Origin: Bacillota bacterium
GTDB taxonomy: Bacteria; Bacillota; Sulfobacillia; JAJYWN01
Assembly: GCA_021791495.1 (NCBI GenBank)
Contig: JAJYWN010000011.1
Location: forward strand, 1,015-65,014
Direction of reading: 5' to 3'
Length of the DNA: 64,000 nt
Shown here: positions 63,619-64,000 of the stretch, one piece after another
How positions within the stretch are numbered: position 1 is the first letter of the stretch
How the letters are laid out: every line of letters begins with the position of its first letter
The notes under the pieces: model-generated
Told to the model about the DNA's origin: nothing
Seen by the model: only the letters and a program-made list of their open reading frames with translations
Database searches by the model: none
Position numbers and translations under genes: made by a program

Positions 63619-64000
63619 CTACTTCCCTTTCCGGTAAGCGAAGACACCGCCCCTGGCCGATCTGGTGTCCAGCGCCGTCAGGAACGACCCGGGGGCCACT
63701 TCGTCCACCAGGCGGACCAAGGCGCGCTGGGCGCGGCGGTCCAGAGAGATCATAAGTACGTCGCGAGGGCCCTCCCGGCCTTCTCCGGTCAGGACCGTGA
63801 CCCCGAAGCCCTGCTCCCGGGCTACACTGGTCAGGATTTCGGCATCCTGCCGGGACCCGGGGATGACCTGCATGGTCAGAATGCCAATGGCCAGCTTCTC
63901 TTCCACCACCCCGCCCACGAAAGTGCCGGTGGCGAAGCCCGCCGCATAGGCAACAATCTTAAAGGGGTCGTTCAGACTGGACATTACCCAGCCCAGAGCG
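63619..64000 (-). CDS. C-terminal DUF2179 domain of a YitT-family membrane protein; gene probably continues upstream past the window edge
   Basis: VIPGSRQDAEILTSVAREQGFGVTVLTGEGREG...LMISLDRRA resembles DUF2179. The ORF starts only 16 nt from the window end. Confidence 0.45.
   Translation of the reverse strand, partial: ALGWVMSSLNDPFKIVAYAAGFATGTFVGGVVEEKLAIGILTMQVIPGSRQDAEILTSVAREQGFGVTVLTGEGREGPRDVLMISLDRRAQRALVRLVDEVAPGSFLTALDTRSARGGVFAYRKGK

Overview
High-GC (~68%) chromosomal segment that looks like an endospore-forming Firmicute (Symbiobacterium / Limnochordia / Thermaerobacter-like; this is inference from gene content and order only). Nearly all genes are on the minus strand.

Backbone (1-18.5 kb): gpsA-plsY-der-DUF512, a tandem DUF3189 gene, spoIIP, fni, topA, an ispH::rpsA fusion, plsC, cmk, an HI0933-like flavoprotein and murC.

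B12 region (18.7-29.4 kb): a B12-uptake locus (cobalamin riboswitch, btuF, btuC, btuD with an unusual C-terminal extension), a CDF transporter, rluB, and a four-gene operon. The operon encodes a small translationally coupled ORF, a fused GlmS+GlmE-like adenosylcobalamin-dependent mutase homologue, a DTBS/CobA-like P-loop ATPase and a Cys-rich PyrK-like flavo/Fe-S oxidoreductase. I consider this operon the most interesting candidate for an undescribed system: a B12 mutase with its own cofactor activation/reduction module and no known partner lyase.

Upstream of that operon: a GntR/FadR regulator, a 17-bp perfect palindrome, and a 3x tandem 98-bp highly structured repeat. Beyond those lies a SelA/DgaE-like PLP enzyme with RidA and a PTS-IIA(Gut)-like small protein, then spmA/spmB, then a 0.7-kb low-GC noncoding island in front of an orphan copZ.

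Remainder of the window:
- sporulation and NHEJ genes (yheC/D-like, ku, split ligD, dacB/F-like, ytfJ, ytfI), scpAB and trpS;
- several unusual fusions (MBL+NUDIX, RluA+RlmI, membrane transporter + LuxR HTH);
- a large secreted beta-propeller / FN3 / copper-amine-oxidase-N-domain protein.

The many long plus-strand ORFs antisense to real genes are high-GC artefacts.
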